Of a DNA stretch of 64,000 bases, positions 30,901-41,782 are shown in pieces. This DNA comes from Macrostomum lignano (taxonomy: Eukaryota). A model generated the notes under the pieces. That model was given only the letters and a program-made list of their open reading frames with translations, did not search any database and was not told the origin of the DNA. The stretch is from contig NIVC01001676.1 in the NCBI GenBank assembly GCA_002269645.1, positions 1-64,000 on the forward strand. Direction: 5' to 3'. Position 1 is the first letter of the stretch, and each line of letters starts with the position of its first letter. The translations under genes and the position numbers were made by a program.

Positions 30901-33514
30901 ACAACCCCTACAACTAGGCTACAACCCTTCACTAGGCTACAACCCCTACAACTAGGCTACAACCCTTCACTAGGCTACAACCCCTACAACTAGGCTACAA
31001 CCCTTCACTAGGCTACAACCCCTACAACTAGGCTACAACCCCTACCACTAGTCTACAACCCCTACCACTAGTCTACAACCCCTACCACTAGGCTACAACC
31101 CTTCACTAGGCTACAACCCTTCACTAGGCTACAACCCCTACAACTAGGCTACAACCCCTACCACTAGGCTACAACCCCTACCACTAGACTACAACCCCTA
31201 CCACTAGGCTACAACCCCTACAACTAGGCTACAACCCCTACAACTAGGCTACAACCCCTACAACTAGGCTACAACCCTTCACTAGGCTACAACCCCTACA
31301 ACTAGGCTACAACCCCTACAACTAGGCTACAACCCCTACCACTAGGCTACAACCCCTACAACTAGGCTACAACCCCTACAACTAGGCTACAACCCCTACC
31401 ACTAGGCTACAACCCCTACCACTAGGCTACAACCCCTACCACTAGGCTACAACCCCTACCACTAGGCTACAACCCCTACCACTAGGCTACAACCCCTACA
31501 ACTAGGCTACAACCCTTCACTAGGCTACAACCCCTACAACTAGGCTACAACCCCTACAACTAGGCTACAACCCTTCACTAGGCTACAACCCCTACAACTA
31601 GGCTACAACCTTTCACTAGGCTACAACCCCTACAACTAGGCTACAACCCCTACCACTAGGCTACAACCCCTACAACTAGGCTACAACCCCTACCACTAGA
31701 CTACAACCCCTACCACTAGGCTACAACCCCTACCACTAGGCTACAACCCCTACCACTAGGCTACAACCCCTACAACTAGGCTACAACCCCTACAACTAGG
31801 CTACAACCCTTCACTAGGCTACAACCCCTACAAATAGGCTACAACCCTTCACTAGGCTACAACCCCTACCACTAGGCTACAACCCCTACAACTAGGCTAC
31901 AACCCTTCACTAGGCTACAACCCCTACAACTAGGCTACAACCCCTACCACTAGGCTACAACCCCTACCACTAGGCTACAACCCCTACCACTAGACTACAA
32001 CCCCTACCACTAGGCTACAACCCCTACAACTAGGCTACAACCCCTACAACTAGGCTACAACCCTTCACTAGGCTACAACCCCTACAACTAGGCTACAACC
32101 CCTACAACTAGGCTACAACCCCTACCACTAGGCTACAACCCCTACCACTAGGCTACAACCCCTACCACTAGGCTACAACCCCTACCACTAGGCTACAACC
32201 CCTACAACTAGGCTACAACCCTTCACTAGGCTACAACCCCTACAACTAGGCTACAACCCTTCACTAGGCTACAACCCCTACAACTAGGCTACAACCCCTA
32301 CCACTAGACTACAACCCCTACCACTAGGCTACAACCCCTACAACTAGGCTACAACCCTTCACTAGGCTACAACCCCTACAAACTAGGCTACAACCCTTCA
32401 CTAGGCTACAACCCCTACAACTAGGCTACAACCCTTCACTAGGCTACAACCCCTACAACTAGGCTACAACCCTTCACTAGGCTACAACCCCTACAACTAG
32501 GCTACAACCCCTACAACTAGGCTACAACCCCTACCACTAGGCTACAACCCCTACAACTAGGCTACAACCCTTCACTAGGCTACAACCCCTACAACTAGGC
32601 TACAACCCTTCACTAGGCTACAACCCCTACAACTAGGCTACAACCCTTCACTAGGCTACAACCCCTACAACTAGGCTACAACCCCTACCACTAGTCTACA
32701 ACCCCTACCACTAGTCTACAACCCCTACCACTAGGCTACAACCCTTCACTAGGCTACAACCCTTCACTAGGCTACAACCCCTACAACTAGGCTACAACCC
32801 CTACCACTAGGCTACAACCCCTACCACTAGACTACAACCCCTACCACTAGGCTACAACCCCTACAACTAGGCTACAACCCCTACAACTAGGCTACAACCC
32901 CTACAACTAGGCTACAACCCTTCACTAGGCTACAACCCCTACAACTAGGCTACAACCCTTCACTAGGCTACAACCCCTACAAACTAGGCTACAACCCTTC
33001 ACTAGGCTACAACCCCTACAACTAGTCTACAACCCTTCACTAGGCTACAACCCCTACAACTAGGCTACAACCCTTCACTAGGCTACAACCCCTACAACTA
33101 GGCTACAACCCTTCACTAGGCTACAACCCCTACAACTAGGCTACAACCCCTACAACTAGGCTACAACCCCTACCACTAGGCTACAACCCCTACAACTAGG
33201 CTACAACCCTTCACTAGGCTACAACCCCTACAACTAGGCTACAACCCTTCACTAGGCTACAACCCCTACAACTAGGCTACAACCCTTCACTAGGCTACAA
33301 CCCCTACAACTAGGCTACAACCCCTACAACTAGGCTACAACCCCTACCACTAGGCTACAACCCCTACAACTAGGCTACAACCCTTCACTAGGCTACAACC
33401 CCTACAACTAGGCTACAACCCTTCACTAGGCTACAACCCCTACAACTAGGCTACAACCCTTCACTAGGCTACAACCCCTACAACTAGGCTACAACCCCTC
33501 ACTAGGCTCAACCC
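27981..33514 (-). repeat. 5.5-kb satellite of 18-20-bp units equal to the SINE 5' end/A-box (AGGGGTTGTAGCCTAGTGGT)
   Basis: + strand units CTACAACCCCTACCACTAGG, CTACAACCCCTACAACTAGG and CTACAACCCTTCACTAGG; the first unit is the SINE's own head. Confidence 0.97.
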
Positions 33515-34127
33515 AACTACATTGATTAATTCTCAATAACTTACGAGGAACTTATAAGACTGACATTTAAATTAAGCGATCAAACCTCACAAGCTCCTGT
33601 CGAGTCAGAGCTCCGTTTCATGTCCAGAGTATTGGCTTGAAGCCTCCATGTCCAGGGAGGTTTGATTGACAGAGCGAGTCGCTCAGGCTGTGGAGGCTCC
33701 GTCGCGACAAGGCGGCGACTTGGCTGGGCAATGCAAAAGCCATATTGAGCAATCTTGATGATGCGGCTCCAGCGGTGTAGATTTCAAGCTGAGATGCTGG
33801 ACGGAGAGAATCGATATGAATCAATCAGGTATTAAATCTTGCTGGCCCTGCTTCTCCTCAGCGCCCGAGCTGTGTGGCCTGCTTGCGATCTAAGAAATGC
33901 TAAAAGCACTGATTGACAGGTGCTTGTCGCGACTCAAAATATTTAGAGTCTTCGCCTCCGGCTTGAGAGATATTTGCGGAGAAAAACGCATAATTGTTAC
34001 TGAGAATGAGTAGGCAGCTGCGAATTTTTAACGAATAATGATACACTCAACTAAATTGATGCAGCAAAACCTTCAGAGATTTTCAAATATATGTTTAAAC
34101 GGTTCCTTCATTTTGACATAAAAATTC

Positions 34128-34333
34128 TGTAGACAGGGTATTGGGGTTCGAGGTTCTACATGTATAAACAGGGTATTTTTAATCTATTATATTCAGGGTA
34201 TTGGGGGTTCTATAGACAGGGTATTGGGTATTCTATAGACAGGGTATTGGGAGTTCTATAGACAGGGTATTGGGAGTTCTATAGACCGGATATTGGGGGT
34301 TCTATAGAGAGGGTATTGGGGGATCTGTAGACA
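34128..34333. repeat. ~23-bp degenerate minisatellite (TATAGACAGGGTATTGGGRGTTC)
   Basis: About eight copies. Confidence 0.85.
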
Positions 34334-34334
34334 A

Positions 34335-34370
34335 GGGTTGTAGCCTAGTGGTTAAAGCATTGGACTCAGT
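34335..34370 (+). mobile_element. Truncated tRNA-like head of SINE family B
   Basis: GGGTTGTAGCCTAGTGGTTAAAGCATTGGACTCA matches the minus-strand SINE head at 27999-27965; no B-box follows. Confidence 0.7.
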
Positions 34371-34375
34371 GCACA

Positions 34376-34440
34376 AGGTTAAAGCTTGGTTAAAGCAAGG
34401 TTAAAGCAAGGTTAAAGCCACACTCAAGGTTAAAGCTTGA
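34376..34440. repeat. Short GGTTAAAGC(AA) repeat continuing the SINE head
   Basis: Five more copies of GGTTAAAGC, identical to the D-loop segment at 34350-34358. Confidence 0.8.
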
Positions 34441-34983
34441 GTGTGGTTGGTGTAGAGTGGGGTTGGTGTAGAGTGGGGTAGGTGTAGAGTGGGGCTGGTT
34501 TAGAGTGGGGTTGGTGTAGAGTGGGGCTGGTGTAGAGTGGGGCTGGTTTAGAGTGGGGTTGGTGTAGAGTGGGGCTGGTGTAGAGTGGGGTTGGTGTACA
34601 GTGAGGTTGGTGTAGAGTGGGGTAGGTGTAGAGTGGGGCTGGTGTAAAGTGGGGTTGGTGTACAGTGGGGTTGATGTAGAGTGGGGTTGGTGTACAGTGG
34701 GGTTGGTGTACAGTGAGGTTGATGTAGAGTGGGGTTGGTGTACAGTGGGGTTGGTGTACAGTGGGGTTGATGTAGAGTGGGGTTGGTGTACAGTGGGGTT
34801 GGTGTACAGTGAGGTTGATGTAGAGTGGGGTTGGTGTACAGTGGGGCTGGTGTAGAGTGGGGTTGGTGTACAGTGGGGTTGGTGTACAGTGGGGTTGGTG
34901 TACAGTGGGGTTGGTGTACAGTGGGGCTGGTGTAGAGTGGGGTTGGTGTACAGTGGGGCTGGTGTAGAGTGGGGTTGGTGTAA
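34441..34983. repeat. 16-bp G-rich minisatellite (GTGTAGAGTGGGGTTG)
   Basis: About 34 copies; explains the PTPLYTN ORFs. Confidence 0.96.
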
Positions 34984-35575
34984 AGTCAAATTTCAAAGTT
35001 CAAAGTTCAAATTCAAATTCAAACCTTTTTTCGAAACAGCACACACGTTCTCATCCAAAGTAACAAATATTAGTTTATAATTAGAAAAGGAATTTTCCGG
35101 CATGCAGTTTATAACTGATGGTACATTATTTATAGTTTCCCAGATAAAAATGGATCAGGTGAGCAATTTTCGATGCAGGCGGCTTAGAGAGGATAGAAAA
35201 TCGATACTCGTATAAACTTGTAATTAATCAACAATAGAAAATAAAAATAATAATCAACGGAGAGGCAATTACGGGGCATGATAGGCTGATAATCGGGACA
35301 ACTTAGAAAGCGTAGTGAAGTAAAAGTAATAAAATTAATATCTTCTGATAAGAAAATAAGCTATTAATTCTAGTTTACCGCAGCGCAGATAAAAAATCTG
35401 CGTTAAAAGTTCAAGTACAAAAAGTTTTCTATATTCTTAGAACACCGCTGTTTTGAAGGCCGATTATTTTGCAATGGCAAAAATTCCTTATTTTAATGCA
35501 ATGATTCAAAAAACCATTCTATTCTCTCCTTGCAATTTTCTGTTTGGTTTCCAATCTAGTTAGAGCGGCCAAGGA

Positions 35576-38500
35576 TCACTGGATGACCAGAGGGTCCCTG
35601 GCTGCGAACAGGGGCTGAATATTAACGAATGGCTCCTTCTCGGTGGCCACGTGGTCGACCCGGAACCTGCGGCCCGGCGGGATGTCCTTGTCGCGGAGTC
35701 GCTCCCTGCGGCGGGGGAGATAATGGAAGACAGTGTCAGGCTGATGAAGATTATATTTATCGTATGATAGAAACGAGAAACGATAAACTCACCTGTACAC
35801 CTGCTGCTGGCCGTGCGATAGGCGAGCCTCAGTCTTGGACACGAAGTCGTTGGTGTGAGCGTTCACGTGAGCCGTGTCCTCCTGGCGCTGGATGTCGTAG
35901 CGGCCCGGCCCGACTTGGTTCTACGGGTCAAGGTTGAGTCAGTAAGTCAAGTTGGTCAAGTGAGACAGTTGGGTCAGTGGGTCAGATATTAGGTGGACTA
36001 TCGTGGTTGAGTTTGAAATTTGTTTTCAATTGTTCTTAGACCAAGGCCAACCTTCCAAATAACTGAAAGCGGGTTTTCCTCATATTTTCGAAGGATACAA
36101 TCAGAATCTAGCCCCGGGGTTTGTTTCCACGGAAATTCCACGGATTTCCCGTCGAAACTTACGAAGTTCTTTGTAAAGAACATTAGCGAACGCTTGTCCT
36201 GCCTGTTTGAAGTGCTCAAGAAGCCGGCTTCGCTCTTGGAGAAAGACTCCTTCTTGAAGTTTGGATCGGTCGGGTGGTAGGAGGCAGCGGAGACCTTGTT
36301 CTGAAATTTTCAATATAAACATGAGATTAACTTTAAAAATAAAGTTTACTATGAGTACCGTATGTAGCATTTCAAAGGAAGGAGTTAAGATTTAATTATC
36401 ATTAGATAGAAGATTTTTAGAGATTAGGGGAATCCCAAAGAGTATTTCGGGAGGCTGGGGAATCCCAGAGAGTATTTCTGGAGGCTGGGGAATCCAGAGA
36501 GCATCACAGGAGGCTGGGGAATCCCAGAGAGTATTTCTGGAGGCTGGGGAATCCAGAGAGCATCACAGGAGGCTGGGGAATCCCAGAGTATTTCAGGAGG
36601 CTGGGGAATCCAGAGAGTATCCCAGGAGGCTGGGGAATCCCAGAGAGTATCCCAGGAGGCTGGGGAATCCCAGAGAGTATCCCAGGAGGCTGGGGAATCC
36701 CAGAGAGTATCACAGGAGGCTGGGGAATCCCAGAGAGTATCACAAGAGCCTGGGAATCTCAGAGAGTATCACAGGAGGCTGGGGAATGCAGATAATATTT
36801 CGGGAGGCTGGGGAATCCCAGAGAGTATCACAAGAGCCTGGGGAATCTCAGAGAGGATCACAGGAGGCTGGGGAATGCAGATAATATTTCGGGAGGCTGG
36901 GGAATCCCAGAGAGTATTTCGGGAGGCTAGGGAATCCCAGAGAGCATCACAGGAGGCTGGGGAATGTTACCGTGGGATCAGGTGGCACAGTGGCAGGCGT
37001 CATCCAGTAGATTCGGTCGCACGGCTTGGCCGGGTACTGCACCATCTTGAGGAATTTGCCGTGGTTGCGCTTCTCCGGCCTATTGAGATCGGCCACGCCG
37101 TCTTTAAAGTTGTACTGGCCTGGGCCCAGGTTGCCGGTTGACATGCGAGCGTAGTGTCCGGTTTTTACCGGCTGGTCCCTGAGCCGTTGTGGATGAGTAA
37201 GGCGATGAAGTTTTATATACGGTTTTCATAGTCACGTGACTCTGGACCAGTTAAGCTACGCGATCCGTCTCTGAATGTACACCACCCCTGTCCCATTGAA
37301 TGTACATCATCGCTGCCCCACTGAATGTACACCATCGTCTATCCCTGTCCCACTGAATGTACACCATCCCTGCCCCACTGAATGTACAACATCCCTACCC
37401 CACTGATGTACACCACCCTTGTCCGACTGAATGTACACCACCCCTGTCCGACTGAATGTACACCATCTCTGCCTCAGTGAATGGAATGAAAAATAATAAG
37501 ACGACTATCTAGTCATTTCAGACACCGGTCCCGTACCCCAACAGAACGCAAGCCTCACCGATCCAATGAGAAAACTTCGTAGGGGCCTCGGGAATTCTTT
37601 CCAGCCTTCTTAGCCGCTAGCAGGTCCGTGAAGCTGGGGATCTGGTAGGTGCCCGGCCCGAGGTCGGTTCCCTGCTGGGGCGGGGCGCGGCTGCCGCCGC
37701 AGTCGAGCATGCCGACCCGGCCGCAGTGGCGCCGTTTCTCATCCATCTCCTCCTTGTGCAGATGTGGCACGCCGCTTTTTCCGTAGCTGCCGGGACCCGG
37801 GTTGCCCTCCTGCCCGGTGTGGCCGCGGAACCGGGGCTCCCGGGCTTCCAGGAGGCCGCGCTTTGATACCTGGGGGAGTTTTATTGGTTCATTCAAATCG
37901 ATAGTTCTTTTATATTGATTTTCTGACCGAAATCTTTGTTTCATCAGTCAGCCTTCAATCGGTTTTTGTAAATATCAATTTCCTGAAATCGCTAAAGTCC
38001 TTTGCTACGAGACAGACAGAGACAGATCTCCGTTCATTTGGTGTTCGTGAGAGCGAACGATTCTCTGGCTGACCTCATTTCTACCTACATTTTCCGGGCT
38101 CCTGTCGGGGTTTTATCGATTTTCTTATCAGTGTACGTGTCTCTCTCATTTTCTGCCCCCCCCCTAACCCCGGCGCAAGCGCCTGTCGCTTTGAGGTGGG
38201 TGAATTTTTATCGATTTTCTTATCAATGTACATGTCCCTCCCTCTGATTTTCTGCCCCCTAACCCCCGCACAAGCGATGGGTGAATTTTTATCGATTTTC
38301 ATATATGGTGCATCCCCAACTCTTCTCTATCTCTCTCTAATCATCGGCCTGCACTTTTGTTTTACTGACTTGTTAGTTGTTGCTAAAAACTTTAAAATAC
38401 CAAATAAAGCTAGATTACTACACAGCTCAACATCAGGAGAGGTGAAAAAGTCATTAATTTGCTGTGTATACATGTATATTGAGCACTTGAGCTAAAGTTA

Positions 38501-40105
38501 GATCAGCATTTTCTTAATAGATTCTATCCAAATAACAGCTTCAGGCACCTCTAGCCGGTAGTCCTGCGATCCAGCTACATCATAGTATCCGGGTCCCAGC
38601 TTCCGCTTCTGTTCCTCTTTCTCGGCGTGCTGCTCTTTGTACAGCAGATGCGGAATCTGGCTTTGTCTGTGCACATCGTAGGCCCGCTTCCAGTTGGGAC
38701 CCTGGGCTCGTGAGGCGACTCTTTTGTCGCTGAACTCGTTGTATTGGAGCACATCGTAGCTGCCTGGGCCGAGGTCCTGTTAAATTAGTCCGAGCGAGTG
38801 TTGTTTTGTTTTAAATTAAAAATAAAAAGGCGTAAATATGCTCGTATTATAACAAAACTCACGGCGCTGATTCCACCAGGCACTTGAGTCAGAGTTCCCG
38901 GCAGTTTCCGCTTGGGATGAATTCCGGACACGTCGAATCTGTTTATTTTACCGATTCGGTAATTCCGGATTTATTTGACGAGTAAATAATAAAAAACAAA
39001 TTGAATTATAGCAACTATAACTAAAAATCGGTAGCTAATTCAGTGGTAATATAAACGTACGAGCTAGTATGGCTATAGTTCTAAGGGAGGGGTGCAAAAA
39101 ATCAATCGGTTGCAACTTTCAGCATTTAAAAAGTGTTTTGCTACTTTTATTACTAGTACTAGCCTATTAATTCTCATGCATTGTTAATCAAGTATCAAAT
39201 GATAATAGAGCTCATCAGCTAAAGCAGATTTTTTTCAGACTGATTTACTATACTCATGTGTGTAGAGTGCGCGGCTGTATGACTGGAATTTTAAAATGAT
39301 ATCACCTTATCAATTCAAATAGAATTGAATGTCACGAAACTCTCATTTCAACAAGAAACCCATCGAATTAGTTAACCTACTAATTCCAATTTTTTATTTC
39401 TCATGGGTCTTTCACTGAAGAAATAAAGATATTTGCTTGAAAGGTGTAATGAGAAATGTAGCTACTATCATTTGTGTTCGCATTGATAAAAAGAGACACT
39501 CCAGACACCTGAAAGTAAAAGTGCAGATATTAGCATTAAAAATAAGTTTTTACTTAAGACAAAAATCTCACATCTGTCTTATGTATGATACGAGACAGAT
39601 TATCGTATTATAAACAAATTATTCACAGATTTTTCGCATTCACTGAACTTACAGGAGAAAAACTGCAACCAATCAGAATAATTTTAATCAAAAAAGTATA
39701 TTTAAACAATTGTTTTGAAACATGTAAAAAAACATTGCAGTGTGCTTTGAAGTAAAATATTTTTCACAAAAAATTCTGTTTTCACCTTCACCATATTAAA
39801 AAAACATCTACGAACTTGTAAGTAACATTTTGATGCACTTAAATTTAGTAAAAGTACACATTCATGAGAATAAAAATACTCATTAACTGGCTTAAAAACA
39901 TAAAATGTAATAACACAACATTCCCTAATTTCCCTTTTAAAAGGAATTTTTAGCATTATAAATACGAAGATAACAGACTGCAGTCGTGAAGACAATGCAA
40001 AATTATGTTTTTGGTTATTTTTAGAATGAGTTTTTTTACTTACCGTGTTGACTGAAAACCGAAAGGAGCGCCGCTATACCCCTTTTTATCTTTTTCTGAA
40101 CTCAT
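35576..40105 (-). CDS. LEXM: Lymphocyte expansion molecule / ciliary microtubule-associated protein 2-like (PGPGxY repeat protein), 426 aa; exons 40105-40044, 38938-38863, 38776-38549, 37869-37559, 37178-36971, 36300-36163, 35920-35793, 35705-35576
   Basis: YSGAPFGFQSTRFDVSGIHP...LGPGSY...KLGPGYY...KRGLL..EPRFRG...NPGPGSYG...DLGPGTY...RGPYEVFSLDR...GHY...HGKFLK...DRIYW...VGPGRY, collinear with LEXM/C1orf177 as recalled. Seven GT-AG introns with matching phases; exon sum 1281 nt. Confidence 0.88.
36428..36965. repeat. ~28-29-bp intronic minisatellite (GGAGGCTGGGGAATCCCAGAGAGTATCAC)
   Basis: About 19 copies in a LEXM intron. Confidence 0.94.
37270..37485. repeat. ~24-bp intronic minisatellite (CTGAATGTACACCAYCCCTGYCCCA)
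   Basis: About eight degenerate copies. Confidence 0.85.
38110..38305. repeat. Degenerate ~85-100-bp tandem repeat in LEXM intron
   Basis: TTTTATCGATTTTC(T)TATCA recurs three times, with CTGCCCCC(C)TAACCCC...CAAGCG twice. Confidence 0.65.
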
Positions 40106-41052
40106 ATTTTAGTTTTCCTCGTAACAGACGTGGTATTATAATATATTATTATTTTGGTACCAGTACGGCCCACGTCTTGAATTAAATATACCAGTTCACA
40201 ACGTTGTTAGGGTTAAACTTCTAAAGATAATATCATGAAAAGATGTATTTAAAATTTACGAAGAACTATTGACTCGTCTTACTGCATAATATATTTCTGA
40301 TCAAAACACTGAAGCCGCAAAAAGTATATTTTTATATTCAATTCAGCAACTTTATATCAACTTAAGAAAGCTTTTGTCAGTAAACAGATATAGCTTGTTA
40401 TAATTTGAATACTTTTATTGTAACATAACACCGGAAAACTGTACTGCTAAAATTAATAGCTCATTTAATAGCCGTAATTAGTCAGGGTCCACTTGAAGCT
40501 CGTTTAACTCCGTGAATGGTAACCGATTTAATATATATTTGTTACAAAGAAAGCCAAGACTTCAATTTCATCTGATCTTTGATGCTTTGTATAAGAGTAT
40601 ATATACTGGCAAAAAGATTGTTTTTTTAATCAAACCAAGGACCAAAAGTCTAGTAGTCTTTGAATCATGTGACTTTAGAAGTGCTAAGCAAATAAAAGCG
40701 AGAAAGTTTTTAGACTAATGTATATCCATCAAAGGTGTCAAAAAGCCGAGCTGTTAAAAGCCCTTTGACTAAACGCATACAATTAATGGTCAATTTCGTT
40801 TCCATTCATTTATATTAGTAGGTTCTTTTCGTAAAACGGGAAAAATTGTTGTGATAAGGTTTGCTTTTCAATTTTCATCTTTCATTTTTTGTTTCTTTTT
40901 CTACTGATTGTCGAGCTACAGTATGTACAGGCGAGATAAAAGTTTGACTCAGAAATAAAAACTCAATAAAAGGCACCAAAGGTGGGCACGTTAATTTGGT
41001 TTAAAGAGATAACAAACATAGTGCGTTTAACTATGATCGTTTGTGCAGGATT

Positions 41053-41058
41053 TTTATT
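41053..41058 (-). promoter_or_regulatory. Candidate polyadenylation signal AATAAA for TATDN1
   Basis: AATAAA on the minus strand ~110 nt downstream of the stop. Confidence 0.35.
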
Positions 41059-41167
41059 GTCAAAATAATTATACAGCCATGGTGCAATAGTAGACAAACG
41101 CAGTGCCAAGAAATAACCGAAGGAAAGGAAACAATATTTTCAATCAAGACTTTCCTCATGACTATCG

Positions 41168-41707
41168 CTAGTTGTCACCTTCGACAGTTGAAGGAGCAGC
41201 AGCTTCTGCCAAGCCAAACAGCCGGCAGGTGTTGGCAAAAGCCGCCGATGCCACCTTCTCGGCTGGCTGGCCCAAGGTGGCCGCCACCACCTGCAGCACC
41301 TGCAGAATGCAAGCCGGCTCGTTTCGGCCCTTCACCATGCAGCCGGGCGACCAGCGCTCCGCTTTGCGCGACTCGAACCTCGAACTGGGGGTCACGTGAC
41401 TATGACCGGCGTGGCTGGGCTTCACCTCGCACCAGGGCGCGTCCGTCTCCAGTAGCAGACGATCCAGCGGCAGGCCGGACACCACGCGGAGATTGTCGGC
41501 GGTCTTCAGGCTGCACCCGTTCAGGCCGAGATAGAACCCCATGGCCAGCAGCTCGGCCGCGTCCTTCGCCGAGCCGTCGAAGGTGTGCACAACGCCTGGC
41601 GGCGAGGGCAGCTGGTTGGCGAATTCGGACAGCACAGCTCGGAATTCAGCGTGGCTGGCGCGGCAGTGCAGGAACAGCGGCAGGCGCAGCTGGCAGGCCA
41701 GGGACAC
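41168..41707 (-). CDS. TATDN1: TatD-family deoxyribonuclease, terminal exon (upstream exons outside window)
   Basis: LPLFLHCRAS...GVVHTFDGS...GFYLGLNGCSLKT...LPLDRLLLETDAPWCEVKPSHA...VKGRNEP matches the eukaryotic TATDN1 C-terminal half. Polypyrimidine CCCAG acceptor precedes 41707. Confidence 0.93.
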   Translation of the reverse strand: MSLACQLRLPLFLHCRASHAEFRAVLSEFANQLPSPPGVVHTFDGSAKDAAELLAMGFYLGLNGCSLKTADNLRVVSGLPLDRLLLETDAPWCEVKPSHAGHSHVTPSSRFESRKAERWSPGCMVKGRNEPACILQVLQVVAATLGQPAEKVASAAFANTCRLFGLAEAAAPSTVEGDN

Positions 41708-41782
41708 CTGGGAGCTGGCGGGGGAGTGGCTTGCGACGTGAGAAACGCGAGCCTGATGCTTCTCTCGTGGGGTTTCTACTTA

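Noticed and set aside
27981-33514. CRISPR array or telomeric repeat
   Set aside because: Units are contiguous with no unique spacers, no cas genes are present, the context is eukaryotic, and the unit is not a TTAGGG-type repeat.
34441-34983. 16-bp repeat derived from the SINE head
   Set aside because: Shares only GGGGTTG with the head, too little to support common origin.
34390-34996. Extensin-like PTPLYTN ORFs
   Set aside because: Product of a 16-bp tandem repeat read through rotating frames.
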